Assembly: GCF_009914755.1 (NCBI RefSeq)
Contig: NC_060946.1
Reading direction: 5' to 3' (one strand)
Length of the DNA stretch: 64,000 nucleotides
Source: the human T2T-CHM13v2.0 reference genome, Homo sapiens
Within the stretch, counting starts at the first letter, position 1. Each line of letters starts with the position of its first letter. Below are positions 1 to 11,240 of this stretch, piece after piece. The notes below the pieces were generated by a model, which had not been told where the DNA came from, did not search any database, and saw only the letters and a list, made by a program, of their open reading frames with translations. The position numbers were made by a program, and so were the translations under genes.

Positions 1-165
1 ACTTTCTAGAAAAATACAGATGACAAATATTGACTCAAAAAGGAAATAAAAACCCTGAATAAATCACAAATCACTCCGTAACTTGAAAGGGCTGCCTCAG
101 ATCTCTCCTTTCCAAAGGCCCCATGCTCAGATGGTTTTATGTCAGCTTTCCCAAACCTCAGGGAT
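1..165 (+). mobile_element. Ancient L1 (L1M) ORF2 fragment
   Basis: ttctagaaaaataca...attgactcaaaaaggaaataaaaaccctgaata...ggccccatgctcagatggtttta resembles the L1 ORF2 segment upstream of the RT domain; highly diverged. Confidence 0.6.
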
Positions 166-1664
166 CAGAATTTAGGGCATAAAAGAATGCATGAGATTGG
201 AGTCGCTGGCACAGTCGGGGTGGGCTCAAAGCCATGGCTGCATCTGACCAGCCTCAGGCCATGCCGGGGTCTTGCCTGGGTGGCCTGCTGGGACTTCATT
301 GGACCATGAAGCTGGGTTTTGCTGCCTTGCCGTTGGCTTTTACCGCCTGTGGCCTGGGCAGGGGCTCCGGCCTCTCAAGAACTGCATACAGCCAGTGGTG
401 GGGGCTTGAACCAAGGCATGTCTTGGGGGCTGGACCTCGGGAGCAGCTGCTGGCTGCCGCGTGACCTGGCCACATCCAGCAGAGGTGTGTGGGAGGTGGG
501 GCTGGGGCAGTGGGGTCCAGACGCAGTCACAGAGAGGGTCATTGGCTGCTTGTATGATTTTAGGATATGGTTACATCACGTCTGCTGGCTGTGGGAGTCC
601 ACAGGGTTCCCAGACCGCCTATGTACTGTCTGTCAATCCTCAGGCCAGCAAAGCCGGCAGGTGCAGGGCAGCCACATCCTGTCCTGGTGCTTTTGAACTG
701 GATTCAGATCTAAGGAAGAAAACGTGGGGGGACCCGACCAACCTCTCCTTCAGATTGTTCTGGTTAATTAAAAACCTGAGGCCGTGGCCTTAGTGTTCAG
801 TGGCCCATACTGGCGGTGGATTTTATTTTAAAACAAATAAGGACAATGAGGTTGGGGGTGGTGCTTACAGTCAAGAGAATATGGCATCTGTTTACATGGA
901 GACAGAAGCAGCTCAGCAAAGGTCTCCCCAAGCCCACGGCCAGGAGGGAGCCTGAGGAGGAGGGGCTGGGCTTCCACGGAGCAATGGAAGCAGGGACCAG
1001 AGGGAGCAAGAGGTTCCCATGAGAGCCTGGATGCACCTTAACTGGAGAAGCCACCAGAGAAACACGGACAGTGCCTCAGATGTGAGGCTCCCAGAGAGCG
1101 CCCAGGAAAAGGGGGACCTGAGGCTGGGACCAGTGACGGCCAGCCAGAGACCTAACAGGACCGGGGAGGAAGGGACTCCTCCCTCAGGAGGGACAGAGGG
1201 GCGGCACACACTCCCAAGAGCCACCTCAGAGTCCAGGGACAGGTGGGTGAGTCCCAGCTTACAGATCTCTCTTATAGGCGACTCCCTGCGTGCTCTGCGT
1301 GGCTGCAATAGAGAAAAGTGGACACACCCTAGTCATTCCATAGGAAATTAACACAGTGTCAGGTGTTCCTTCGCGTGGCGGGGTGCGTACGATGCCCGGT
1401 TAAGATGAGTAGGTTCATAAGGTCCTCATGTGGACACCAGTAACACCAGTAAGAAAGCAGTGGAGCATGGAGCAGGGCACTGTGACGGCTGCCGCCCCCT
1501 TGCTCACAGCCAGCCCCCCGCATGCTCACAGCCGGCACACAACCCCCTAGTGCTCACAGCTGACCCCCTGCCATGTCAGCCGGGGAGGCATCCCCCACCA
1601 TGCTCACAGCCAGCCGGAGGGTCTCTAGGATCTCACCAGGACGACCCCAGCCGCCCTAGCACTA

Positions 1665-1775
1665 GCGAGGAGGCACTATCCTTGTTCCCTTACAGAGGGA
1701 AAACCCAAGGCTCGGAGAAACCACAAAGCTGCCCAAAGAGACGCAGCCCCTCCTGGGGGCCGGGATGGGAACTCG
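1665..1775 (-). mobile_element. MIR fragment
   Basis: cccttacagagggaaaacccaaggctcggagaaa...gctgcccaaaga resembles the MIR core in reverse. Confidence 0.55.
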
Positions 1776-1959
1776 GGCAGGGGCATCCACAGGCTCAGCC
1801 CCCCGAGCTGCTGTTCCCCTGCCACATCAGCGACCCACGTGTGTATCATTTGTGGACATGTCTGTGAAGACGGAAAGCACAGGATGGAGAGAGGTGAGCC
1901 AGTCAGCGTGACCGTGGGAAGGCGGGCGAGGTGGCGGGGAGGAGGGCAGTGGGAGCTGT

Positions 1960-2255
1960 GTTATTTATTACCTGATGTTGTATATGCATTTGAGCTAATT
2001 ATATCTCTATTATATTTACATATTATACGTTCATATATTTGTATATTTTTGTATATATTTAAATAATTATATAACTTACATTTATACATATTAAGTTACA
2101 CTTTCTTATAATCTGAGTGATTCAGATACAACCAGATGTATGTACAATACAACCAGAGAGATGTTAATGGGTTAATCCCGGGTTGTGGGTATGAGAGTGT
2201 TTGTTAAATTATTCATTTTCTTTTCTGTAATTTTTAATTGATTTTTTCAAAAAAA
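1960..2255 (+). mobile_element. AT-rich low-complexity tract plus old L1ME/MC 3' end
   Basis: atgttaatgggttaatcccgggttgtgggtatgagagtgtttg...ttttctgtaatttttaa resembles the terminal L1ME 3'UTR; preceded by a TA-rich tract. Confidence 0.55.
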
Positions 2256-2679
2256 GACTTGGCCTGGCCCTTGGGAGCCGGAGCCTGTGGCTTGTTGAGC
2301 CAAGGGGTGAGGGGCCAGGAGGGCTGGTAGCCCCCTGTGCTGCACAGACGTGGGGGGATGGCACAGCGGCCTCGGCCACTGTGTCCCAAAGTTTGCCTCT
2401 CCTTCCTGGAGGGAAGCCGCGTGGCTGTGGCATAAGCCCCGCCCCGCCCCATCTGTCTGTCCCTGCGTGGGGTCTGGCCTGGAGAAGCTAAGAGGCCTGC
2501 TTGGGAAGGAGCCAGGGGGCAGGTGCTGCCCTCCCCAGGAGCCCTCCCCACCCAGCGCCCGCACCCTCCCCCTGGCCGTCTCTCTTAACCCGTTCCATTT
2601 TCTTCAAGGTATGACTGTCACCTACAAGGATCCCGTGTTGTTGACTAGTCTAGGGTCCTCTCTCCACTAGGCCACCAAC

Positions 2680-2800
2680 TCCACGAAACAGGACCGTGTC
2701 TTTCTCGTCCATTCCTGTCCCAGCATCTAGAACAGGGCTGGACATGTGGCTGGGCCCGTGGCGGGTCCTTGACAACATTTGAGAGGTGAAGGAATGAGCT
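2680..2800 (+). mobile_element. L2 3' end fragment
   Basis: aggaccgtgtc...cccagcatctagaacagggctggacatgtgg...catttgagaggtgaaggaatgag resembles the L2 terminus. Confidence 0.55.
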
Positions 2801-3544
2801 CCAGATAGACCAGGGAGCTCGGCCCAGGGCTTTGCACCGAGGGAGGCCGGGCGGACCCACATGACCTGTTTTCTGCACCTGGCTTTATTCCATTGCAGTG
2901 AACCTGGGGCAGCTTGATGGTTCCCCCATCCTCATCTGTCGAGGCTGAAGGCCCAGGGATATCCCTCCAGCTCTTGTCTTGGTGATCAGCTGGGCAGGAG
3001 AGATTTTATCCAGCAGGTGGCACGACGAGGCTGGCCTGGCACCGAGGAGGGTGATTGGTTGGTCATTTAACTCCACAAGCATTTATTGGACACCTGCTGT
3101 CTTCCAGGCATGGATCTGTGGAGTGACTGATGGCCCCTGGGGTGGGGATTATGGTTCCACTCCGGTGTCAAAGAGCAGAGTAGGACATTGGAGGTCACCT
3201 GCCCATGAGTGAGGACGCTGGTGTCAGGGCCCACACCTCTCCACCAAGTCAGCAGCTGCTAGGTGGATGTGGCCGGGGCTTCACAGCAGTGAGGGTGGCC
3301 CAGCCTCGCTCTTCCTGGTGACAACCAGCAGAAGGTCATCTCTGCTCCCCACACCAGGTCAGAGTCTCTTAGTAAACTTGGTGACCACCATCCTCATGCA
3401 CCCGCCACCAGGGAATGCTAATGAGGACAGAGGACCCAGGGACAGCCACTGCTGACCCGGCTATTAAAAATAATTGGCCACCCATAAAGTGGACGAAAAA
3501 TGTGTTTGCCTCCAGTTTGGCTGGGAAATGTGAATTATTCTCAT

Positions 3545-3558
3545 GTTGCCATAGAAAC
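3545..3558 (+). promoter_or_regulatory. RFX X-box-like motif in an AT-rich unique island
   Basis: GTTGCCATAGAAAC is an imperfect palindrome matching the GTTnCCATnGnAAC X-box. Confidence 0.5.
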
Positions 3559-3634
3559 CAAGGTAAGTTCCTAACATCTTTCAGATACTTAATTTTGTGA
3601 GCCCAGTGATGGTCATTGTTCATTGTTCAGAAAA

Positions 3635-4055
3635 GCAGGAGGAGAGAGACGGAATGAGAGGGAGAGGGGAAGAGACAGAGAGAAAGAAAGAGAGGGAGAG
3701 AGAGAGAGAGGGAGAGAGAGGTGGGGGAGAGAGGGAGAAAGGGGGGGAGAGAGGGAGAAAGGGGGGGAGAGAGGGGAGGGAGACAGAGAAAAGGAGGGGA
3801 GAGATGGAGAGAGGGAGAGAGAAACAGAGACGGGGGAGAGAGAGATGGAGAGGGAGAGAGAGAGGGAGAGAGAGGAAGGGAGAGGGAGAGGAAGAGTGAG
3901 GGAGAGAGAGAGGGGGAGGGAGAGGAAGAGACCCAGAGAGAAAGAGAGACAGGGGAGGAGAGAGGAGGGGGAGAAAGAGAGAAAGAGAGAGAGAGGGAGG
4001 GAAGGAGAGGGATAGATGGAGGAGGCAGGGGAAGGAGAGAGAGAGAAAGAGAAGG
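3635..4055 (+). repeat. Polypurine (GA/GGA-rich) low-complexity tract, ~420 bp
   Basis: Almost pure A/G with gagaga and gggaga runs; explains the R/E/G and S/L/P ORFs. Confidence 0.95.
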
Positions 4056-5235
4056 ATGCCATCCCTGCGTCTCTGAGTCTGCAGCACGCACTGGCTCCTG
4101 GAAGCCTCCTTGGCAGCAGCCTGGACTGGACGTGGGGGGATTCCGGCTCACGGGGGCCGTGCACTCTGTTTCCCAAGCGTCCCTGGGGGCCCTGCTCTGC
4201 TGTCTCTCTGAGGATCCCTGATTCTTCCTCTCAGGCCTAGTGCTGTCCCTAGCCCTGCGTGCTCTGGGCCCTGCGCAGCCACCAGTAACTTAAGGAGTAA
4301 AGGGGCCAGGTCAGCATGCCCGTCTCTGCCTCCTCCTCACTGGTGTGCGGGGGGCCCCCCCGCCCCCTGTCCTTCTGAGAGAATGCATTCCTCCGCTGGG
4401 AGCCGTGGGGTCTGGCTCAGCCTGCCTTGGGCCTGCCAGCTGTGCCCGTGTGAGGACGGTGCCTGCCAGGGCATCATGGGGGTGTGGCGTTGCTGGGGCC
4501 TGGCACCGATGGCTGCTCCAGGAGTCCTTGCTCTCCAGTGACTTCCTGGGACAGCGGGGCGGAGGCTTCTGGCTTGGGCTGCAGCCACTGGCTGTGGGAT
4601 GTGGGGTCAGGGCACTGCTCAGGACCCCGGGAGGTCAGGCTGTGTCCAGGCGTGGCTTGCTGGGACACTCCTCATCTCGCCCTGACCAGCCTCTTTCCCC
4701 GGCCCCTCCACAGAACCAGCCGATCCTGTGGCGTCTGAGCCCTGGTGCTCACTCCTACCCCTGGATGTGTGGCCTGTCTGCAGTTCCCCTCTTGCCCGCC
4801 TGCCCCGGACCAGTCCCCTGCATTCTAATTGCCGGGACCCAGCGGCTGTCCGCACCCCCCACCTCTGCCTGGGCTCCTCCCTCTGCCCGTAAAGGCTTCT
4901 GTATCTGGAAAACCCCCGGGCGTGTTTAAGGGCCATGGTCGAGGGCTCTCCTGTGGTAGCTCCATCTGTGAGACCCTGGAGAGCCCCGTCCTGCTCTGTC
5001 CAGCCCCCACCCTATGTCACGGGAGTGCACCTGCAGCCTTTCGCCCCCTCCTCCTGGCAGGGACAGGCTCCAGCCTGGCCACTCCAGCCTCGCGGGGTGG
5101 ACCAGGGGGAGCACCTCGGTAGGGGTTCCCCAGCTCTGCAGTAGCAAGGGGGAGGCCCAGCTGCCTCCATGTGCAGGGGAGTGGACCCCCACTTCCTTTG
5201 CAGAGCAGAACCATCCTCAAGGTGTCTGGGGCCGG

Positions 5236-5420
5236 TGGGCGTGGCAAGGCAGAAAGGGGGCGGGGGCGTGGTCATGGGGCGGGGCATCTTGAGGCATGGC
5301 ATCATGGGGGCGTGGCAGTGGCGTTGCTGGGGCCTGGCACCGTGGGGTGGGGCATCTTGAGGCGTGGCATCGCAGGGGGTGTGGTGTCCTGGGGGTGGCG
5401 TCGCAGGGGCGGGGCATCAC
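5236..5420 (+). repeat. G-rich degenerate short tandem repeat (ggggcgtggcatc-like)
   Basis: Repeated ggggc/gtggc/gcatc motifs; ggggcatcttgaggc occurs twice. Confidence 0.7.
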
Positions 5421-6349
5421 CTGTCAGTCCCCAGGTTGGGCTCCACTCACTTCCTGGTCTCTCCTCACAGCCCAGTGGAGACCATTTACTGCTTTTATTC
5501 CAGTTTCAAATCATTTACTTAGAAATTGTCTAGCATCCTGCTAGTAGTGGTAGGAAGAAGAGAAAAATGATCAACCTCAAAAATCCCAATTTTAAATTGA
5601 GTTGTTTGAAATAGCACAATTTCCAAATTACAGGCAGGTTAGAATATAGGAAAAACACATTGATCATTGATTTGAGAGAGAGACAGAAAGAGAGAGACAG
5701 AGAGGATGTGCCTCGGGGACCCTAGGGAGGAGGGGCCGTGTCCTGGGCAGGGGCCCGGTGCTGCTGGCCGAGCCCTGAAGGCTGACAGGCGTGAGCTGTG
5801 CACTTACCATCAAGTCTTATCCATACTTATACCTGTATGTATGTTTTCCACCATGAAGGTAGTAGAGGCCATTAACGAATTGGAAACTAGAGAGTAGGAG
5901 GAAGACAGGGCGAGTTCCCACCAGCCACCCCAGGGTTCCAGCCTCGACAGGCACTGCCTCAGCCCCAACCCTCCCGGGTCCTTGGAAAGTGTCCCCTAGT
6001 CACCTGAGCTTTCGGCTCCAGGCTTGGGGTGTTCACCGCTGCCCTAATTGTTTCTGTCTCTTCATCAAGACATCCCCGGTTTTAAGGTGGCACGGAGGGT
6101 GTCTGATGACGGACTCAAGGCCACAGACCAGTGCAGCTGAGAGACCGTCCAACGGGGAGGGGAGGTGTGGGCCAGCTGGACCTTGGCAGGGCCTTGGGGG
6201 AATCTGGGGGGCGCTCCAGGGGTGGTGCTAGGGGAGCCCTCCCTGGGTGTCCATACCCCAGCCTCCAAGCTCTTTCCACCCCCCAGACTGGGGGTTTTTT
6301 CCCTGAGCATTCATCGGGGCCCCGGGGCAGAACTTGGAAACCCCAGCTC

Positions 6350-6560
6350 CTGAAAGATTTCCATCGATTTTGCCAAATTAATGTTCTAGTTCTCCATGTC
6401 TCGGGAGCTGTAATGAAGTGTCAACGGGAACAAGAGGACGAAACGGATGAATAAAATGTCTTTTATGGTGTCATTACACTTTTATAATAAGATTTACTTG
6501 TCAACTTAAAATGTAATAATGTAATAATTTATTTGGTAACCTAATGAAGACCGCAGTTCA
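6350..6560. promoter_or_regulatory. Candidate HOX/TALE enhancer island
   Basis: Unique AT-rich block with TAATG-n3-TGTCA, TTTTATGG-TGTCA, GATTTAC-T-TGTCA and several TAAT. Confidence 0.45.
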
Positions 6561-8523
6561 AGGTTCTAGGAGTCATAATTGCCCCTGGAAAGGTGAGGGC
6601 CCTTTCTCCGCACTCCACACCCAGCCACCCTTTTGTGCTGTCCAGATCCCCAAGGCGGGGGAGTGCAGAGCTGTTTCCGTCTGGCTGGGCCCATCCAAAG
6701 GGGTCAGTGGTTTAGAGACAGCAGGAAGTGCAGGCTAGGGCATAACCCACCCATGGGTCTCAGGCCAAAGCTTTCTCCTGATAAAGGGAAATGGGTTTCA
6801 TATACTCAGCATCACTCATGCAGGCACACCCTGATCCCAGCCCAGAGCTGGGCTATGGGAGTCATCACAATCTGGGCTCATTCCAACCTGGGAGGGTCAG
6901 GGTTTTCAGAGAGATGGGACATTTCAGCTGGGCCTTGAAGAATGAATAGGAGTTTGTTGGATACAAGAGAACATTTTGGAAAGACAAGAGCATGAACAAA
7001 GGTGGAGGGGGCCTGGCTGGAGATCCAGTGTGGAACACAGCGTGGGGGAGTACGGAGATGGGTAAAGAGGAGCAAGAGAAAATTCTGGAAAAATAGACCA
7101 GGACCAGCTGCAGATGCCCTGAGGCTGAGGTCCCCAGAGCTTAGGGCTCTGGGAAAAGGAGCAGATGGGGTGTCCTCAGGGTGAGCTTTGGGGCTCTTTT
7201 TTGGGACTCTTGGTGGCTGCGATGCTTCTTGCTGAGCATGACTCTCTGCAGAGGTTGGGACCCGAGGCCTGGCGTGTCAGGAGGCAGCTGCAAGAAGCCT
7301 GATGGCTTGATCTTGGTGGGACTCCGAGGCGGGTGGGCATGGCAGTGCCGTCCATCAGGGCGCCCTGCTCTTTCTCCTGCACCCTGGAGCCCGAGCCTGC
7401 TGGGGGCCCCGCTCCTTTCTCTCCCTCCCAGAAGGCCTCAGCCCCTCCAAGCTCTCAGGGCAGCCCCCTCCTCTGTGCTTCCTCCTGGCCCTCTTGGAAT
7501 CCCAAGTCATCCCCTCTCCCTGGGTGGGGAGTCTGGGTTTCCAGGCAGGAGTCAGGGTGGATTGTGGTGATGATGGTCCCCATCTGGTTTACTCCTCCCT
7601 GACCCTTGTGTCATCTCCTCCATCCTAACTCCGGCCCCTCCTCCTCCCAGGACAGTGTCCCCCCCACCGTCCTCCTGGTGTGTGCACCCCTGCACTGGGA
7701 GCTTGGTGGGGAGACGCTTGGCCACTAGGGCTAGGTCGGGACAAGGTTCCTCCCACTCCATGTCCGTGACACCCAGTCCTCCTCCACATTGAGCTCCTCG
7801 GCCAGGGCCCGAGGGGCTGAAGCTATTGCTGTGAGGTCCCAGCTGGTGGTGAACAGCGTCTCCAGGCTGTTGGGCTCAGTTCCAACCCTGCCTGCCCTCC
7901 CCCTGGGCTGCAGGACACAGGGTTCCACTTGGACTCATTCCAGTGACTCTTAAGAAAATGAATTTAGGACAGGAGGCAGCGAGGGAGGGAGGGAGAGGAG
8001 ACTCAGTGTCTGGGCCATCTTGGCCTAAACCTGCTTGATGTTCCAGGTGGGTCATCCCTCCCGGCACGCTGGTGTCGGCTCGCCTGTGAGCTGACTCACC
8101 ACTCATTCAACTCGCCACTCACCTCCTCTCTCTCCTTCTCTTCCGTAAGACTGAAGATGAACCTGACATCTTGAATAACTGGACAGAGGTTATCTGCGGC
8201 TTGGCCCTTGGGGACAAGTGGGAATGGGGGGCATGGTGCAGAGGGACCCTCGGCTGGCCTGGCTCTCATTTGATGGCTGCTGATTGCCTGGACAGGCTGG
8301 GCTGCCCTCTCAGTGTCTGGGTGGAAGGAAGGAGGCTCACCAAGGCCTGGGGCTGGGCTGATCCTGCCAGGTTAACCTTGCTGGTTCCATATCCCTCTGT
8401 ACCTCTGCCAGGAAGTGCCTTCCTTCTCCCCTGGCATCCAGGGACCTTGTGAAGAAGGAAGGAGCCCTCCATTAAGGTAGAACCTGAGGGTGTGTTGAGC
8501 CCTGACCTGCATAGCTCCCTGCT

Positions 8524-8965
8524 GTGGGTGTGCAGACATGTATATGTATGCATGTGTGCATGTATATGTGTGACGTGTGTGCATATGTGTATGGTATGAT
8601 GCGTGTGCATATGTGCATGTGTGTGTACACGTGTATGTATGCATGGGTACATGTGCATATGTGTGGATGTGCATTGATGCATGTGTGCATGCATGCATAT
8701 GTGTATTGTGTGTGCATTGGTGTGTGTATGTGTATGTATGCATGGGTATATGTCCATGTGTGTATGGATGTGCATTGATGCATGTGTGCATGCATGTGCA
8801 TATTGGGTATGTGTGTGTGTGTATATGTGTATGTATGCATGGGTATATGTGTGTATGTATGTGTATGTGTATGTATGCATGGGTATATGTGCGTGTGTGC
8901 AGACGTGCATTGATGCATGTGTGCATGCATGCATGTGCGTATTGGTGTTTGCATGTGTGTGGATG
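8524..8965 (+). repeat. TG/TA/CA alternating purine-pyrimidine low-complexity repeat
   Basis: gtgcattgatgcatgtgtgcatgcatg recurs three times among (TG)/(TATG) runs. Confidence 0.9.
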
Positions 8966-10464
8966 CCTTCTCTGGGAACCTGGAGAATGAGGCCTGGGAG
9001 CAGGACAGAGCCTGAGGACTGGCAGCCCGAGACATCCCCAGACCCGTCCCTGTGCACAGCTTCTCAGTGGAGAGGGCTGCAGCTTCTTGAGGCAAACCTC
9101 ACTCCAGTTTCTGGGGCAGCCAGACACAGGGGACTGGGGCAGGAGCAGCCTCTCTGGGCACCAGAGCGATGTTCCATCAAGGCTGGAAGTGAACCACGTG
9201 CTGCATCCAGCCCCAGCTACCCCCTCAGTCCCCACGCACCCTTTGGGGTGCTCTTGGTGCCCTTGGTCATGCAGATCTGACCGGGGGGCATGGTGCCCGG
9301 GGTGGGGGGCATCTTTGCTAGCCTGGAACACATCCGCATGTGCTGGCTGTGAGCAGGGTCCCCTCCCACGTGGGCAGCGCCTGGCAAGGCTTTGGGTGTT
9401 GGAGCCTCTCGGTGGGGCTGCTCCGCCCCTGCATCCGGGATCCTGCTCCTGCCTGGGCCGCCCCCGCCCTGTGGGTGCCGGGACACAGAGCCCCTCTCTG
9501 CGGCTCACTGCTAATGGCTATTTCTCCAGTGTGGCTTTGGTCACAGAGTTTTTGCTGACATGCAGGATTTCTGGCAGGGCTGGGCAACGCTCCTAGTGAT
9601 CCTACCTGAGGTCATTAATTTAAACAACCTGAGCCGGCTTCATCAGAGAGGGGTTTTTGCAATAACATTAACAAACCATAAATATCTGCCGGCCGCAGAG
9701 AAGGCAGCGGCTGCGTCCCACCTTCCCAGCGGGAGGGGCTGGCTGGGCTGAGCACCATATTTCTTGGCTGTTGGTGCAGTGGGGGGAGGCGCTGTCTTTC
9801 CACCGAGGTCCAGGTGCTGCTGAAATGACACAGATTCAGGCAGCCACTGTCGAGCGAGGGCCTCACAGCCCTGCTCTTCTGCCTGTTGTTCTGGGATGGT
9901 TAGGCTTTTGCCTGGAAGCTCTGTGTTCCCAGGGCCCCGGGGCTTGGCTCCACTTTGGCAAATGTCTGCTGATGGATGTGAGGTGAGAGCCGCGTTCCAT
10001 GGACTGAGACCCGTTATGGGGCCCTGAGAGCTGCGGGACCCTAAGCCCAGGCCTGAGTTTCCAGGAGGATGTCTCCAGGGCACACACTCTCTACTCTACC
10101 TGGTTCTCCCGGAGCCTGCTGGCCTCCTTCCCGAGGGGAAACAGGCCCCAGCCTTACCTGGTGGGTAGGGCCATCGCCAGTCCCCAGGTAGCTCACACCT
10201 GGATGTGGCTCTGCCTGCTTGCTCCTGGGGCGCCCTTCCTGGTGTGTGATGCAGGGAGGCTGTGCCAGCGAGGAGGCCAGGGCTGGGAGGGCGGCACAGC
10301 ACCATGTGCTCTCACGAATGGCATCATCCGTCTTCCTCTGGACCTGGGAGTACGGCGGGCGGGGACTGGAGTGTCCCTTTCTCACACCCCAGGGGCCTGC
10401 ACGAGGTGCTAAGTGGAGAGTTACACTGTCCACTTGGTGGGGGCCGCGTGCTGAGGGTGCTGGG

Positions 10465-10730
10465 GACATTAACAAACGTTCTCCAAGTACGCAGTAATTG
10501 GAGTGTAGTGAAATTGTAAATTATGACAGACGAAGATGACAATAAAATCATGATTTCTGCCCTTTCTGGAAGGGCCGCTCACTTCACGGTGCTTTAATGC
10601 ACTTGCCTTATATCTCTGCCTGTTGGAAGTTGGTGACAATTCGCATTTGGCTCAGCGGATGATTCCTTTTGGGAAAAAAACATACAGTAAATTGGCCCTT
10701 ATGTGTGGAAAGCAGCCTGAAGAACTTTAC
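10465..10730. promoter_or_regulatory. Candidate HOX/PBX/MEIS enhancer island
   Basis: TAATTG, TAAATTA-TGACAG (TGACAG 10524-10529), TGACAATAAAATCA (10537-10550), palindrome AAATCATGATTT. Confidence 0.5.
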
Positions 10731-11149
10731 TCTGGAAGTGTAGATCCAGGAGCTGTTGCCTTGCAGTGGCGCAGCCCCGCCGCCCTCATGCCTTTCGGAA
10801 GGTGCAGGGCTGCTCAGCTCACCCCACTTCAGCTCGGGGTCCACCCACGGCCCCTGTGGAAGGAGGGGCTCCAAGGGCTGGTGCATGGGCCTTTCAGACT
10901 GTGGTGACTCGCGGGCCCCTTGTGCCCATGAGGCTTCAGGAGGTCATATGCGTCTTGGCAATGGCTTGGTCCTGAGTCAGGGGACTCCGGGCTCCTCCGT
11001 GGACGCCAGTGCCGTGGTCACTGTTGTCAGGACCCCTCCCGTGTCCCCCTTCCTGGCCCTCCATGCTCAGGGGTCTCACCCGGGCCCAAACCGTGGTCCT
11101 CGCATGGCTGGACCCCCGCCCGGTCTTCCTCACCGTCTCCCTGGATGGT

Positions 11150-11240
11150 TTCAATCCTACTCACTGCGTGACTTTGGGCAGCAGACTTAATTAACCTCTC
11201 CATGCCTCAGTTTCTCCACCCGCAGAATGTGAGTTATGCA
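11150..11240 (+). mobile_element. MIR fragment
   Basis: gtgactttgggca...ttaacctctccatgcctcagtttctcc is the MIR core. Confidence 0.7.

Noticed and set aside
3597-4221. Arg/Glu/Gly and Ser/Leu/Pro ORFs
   Set aside because: They come from a stop-free polypurine tract.
8266-9508. Long ORFs (263-378 aa), His/Thr/Cys-rich
   Set aside because: They are translations of the TG/CA repeat plus GC-rich flank, with no domain similarity.
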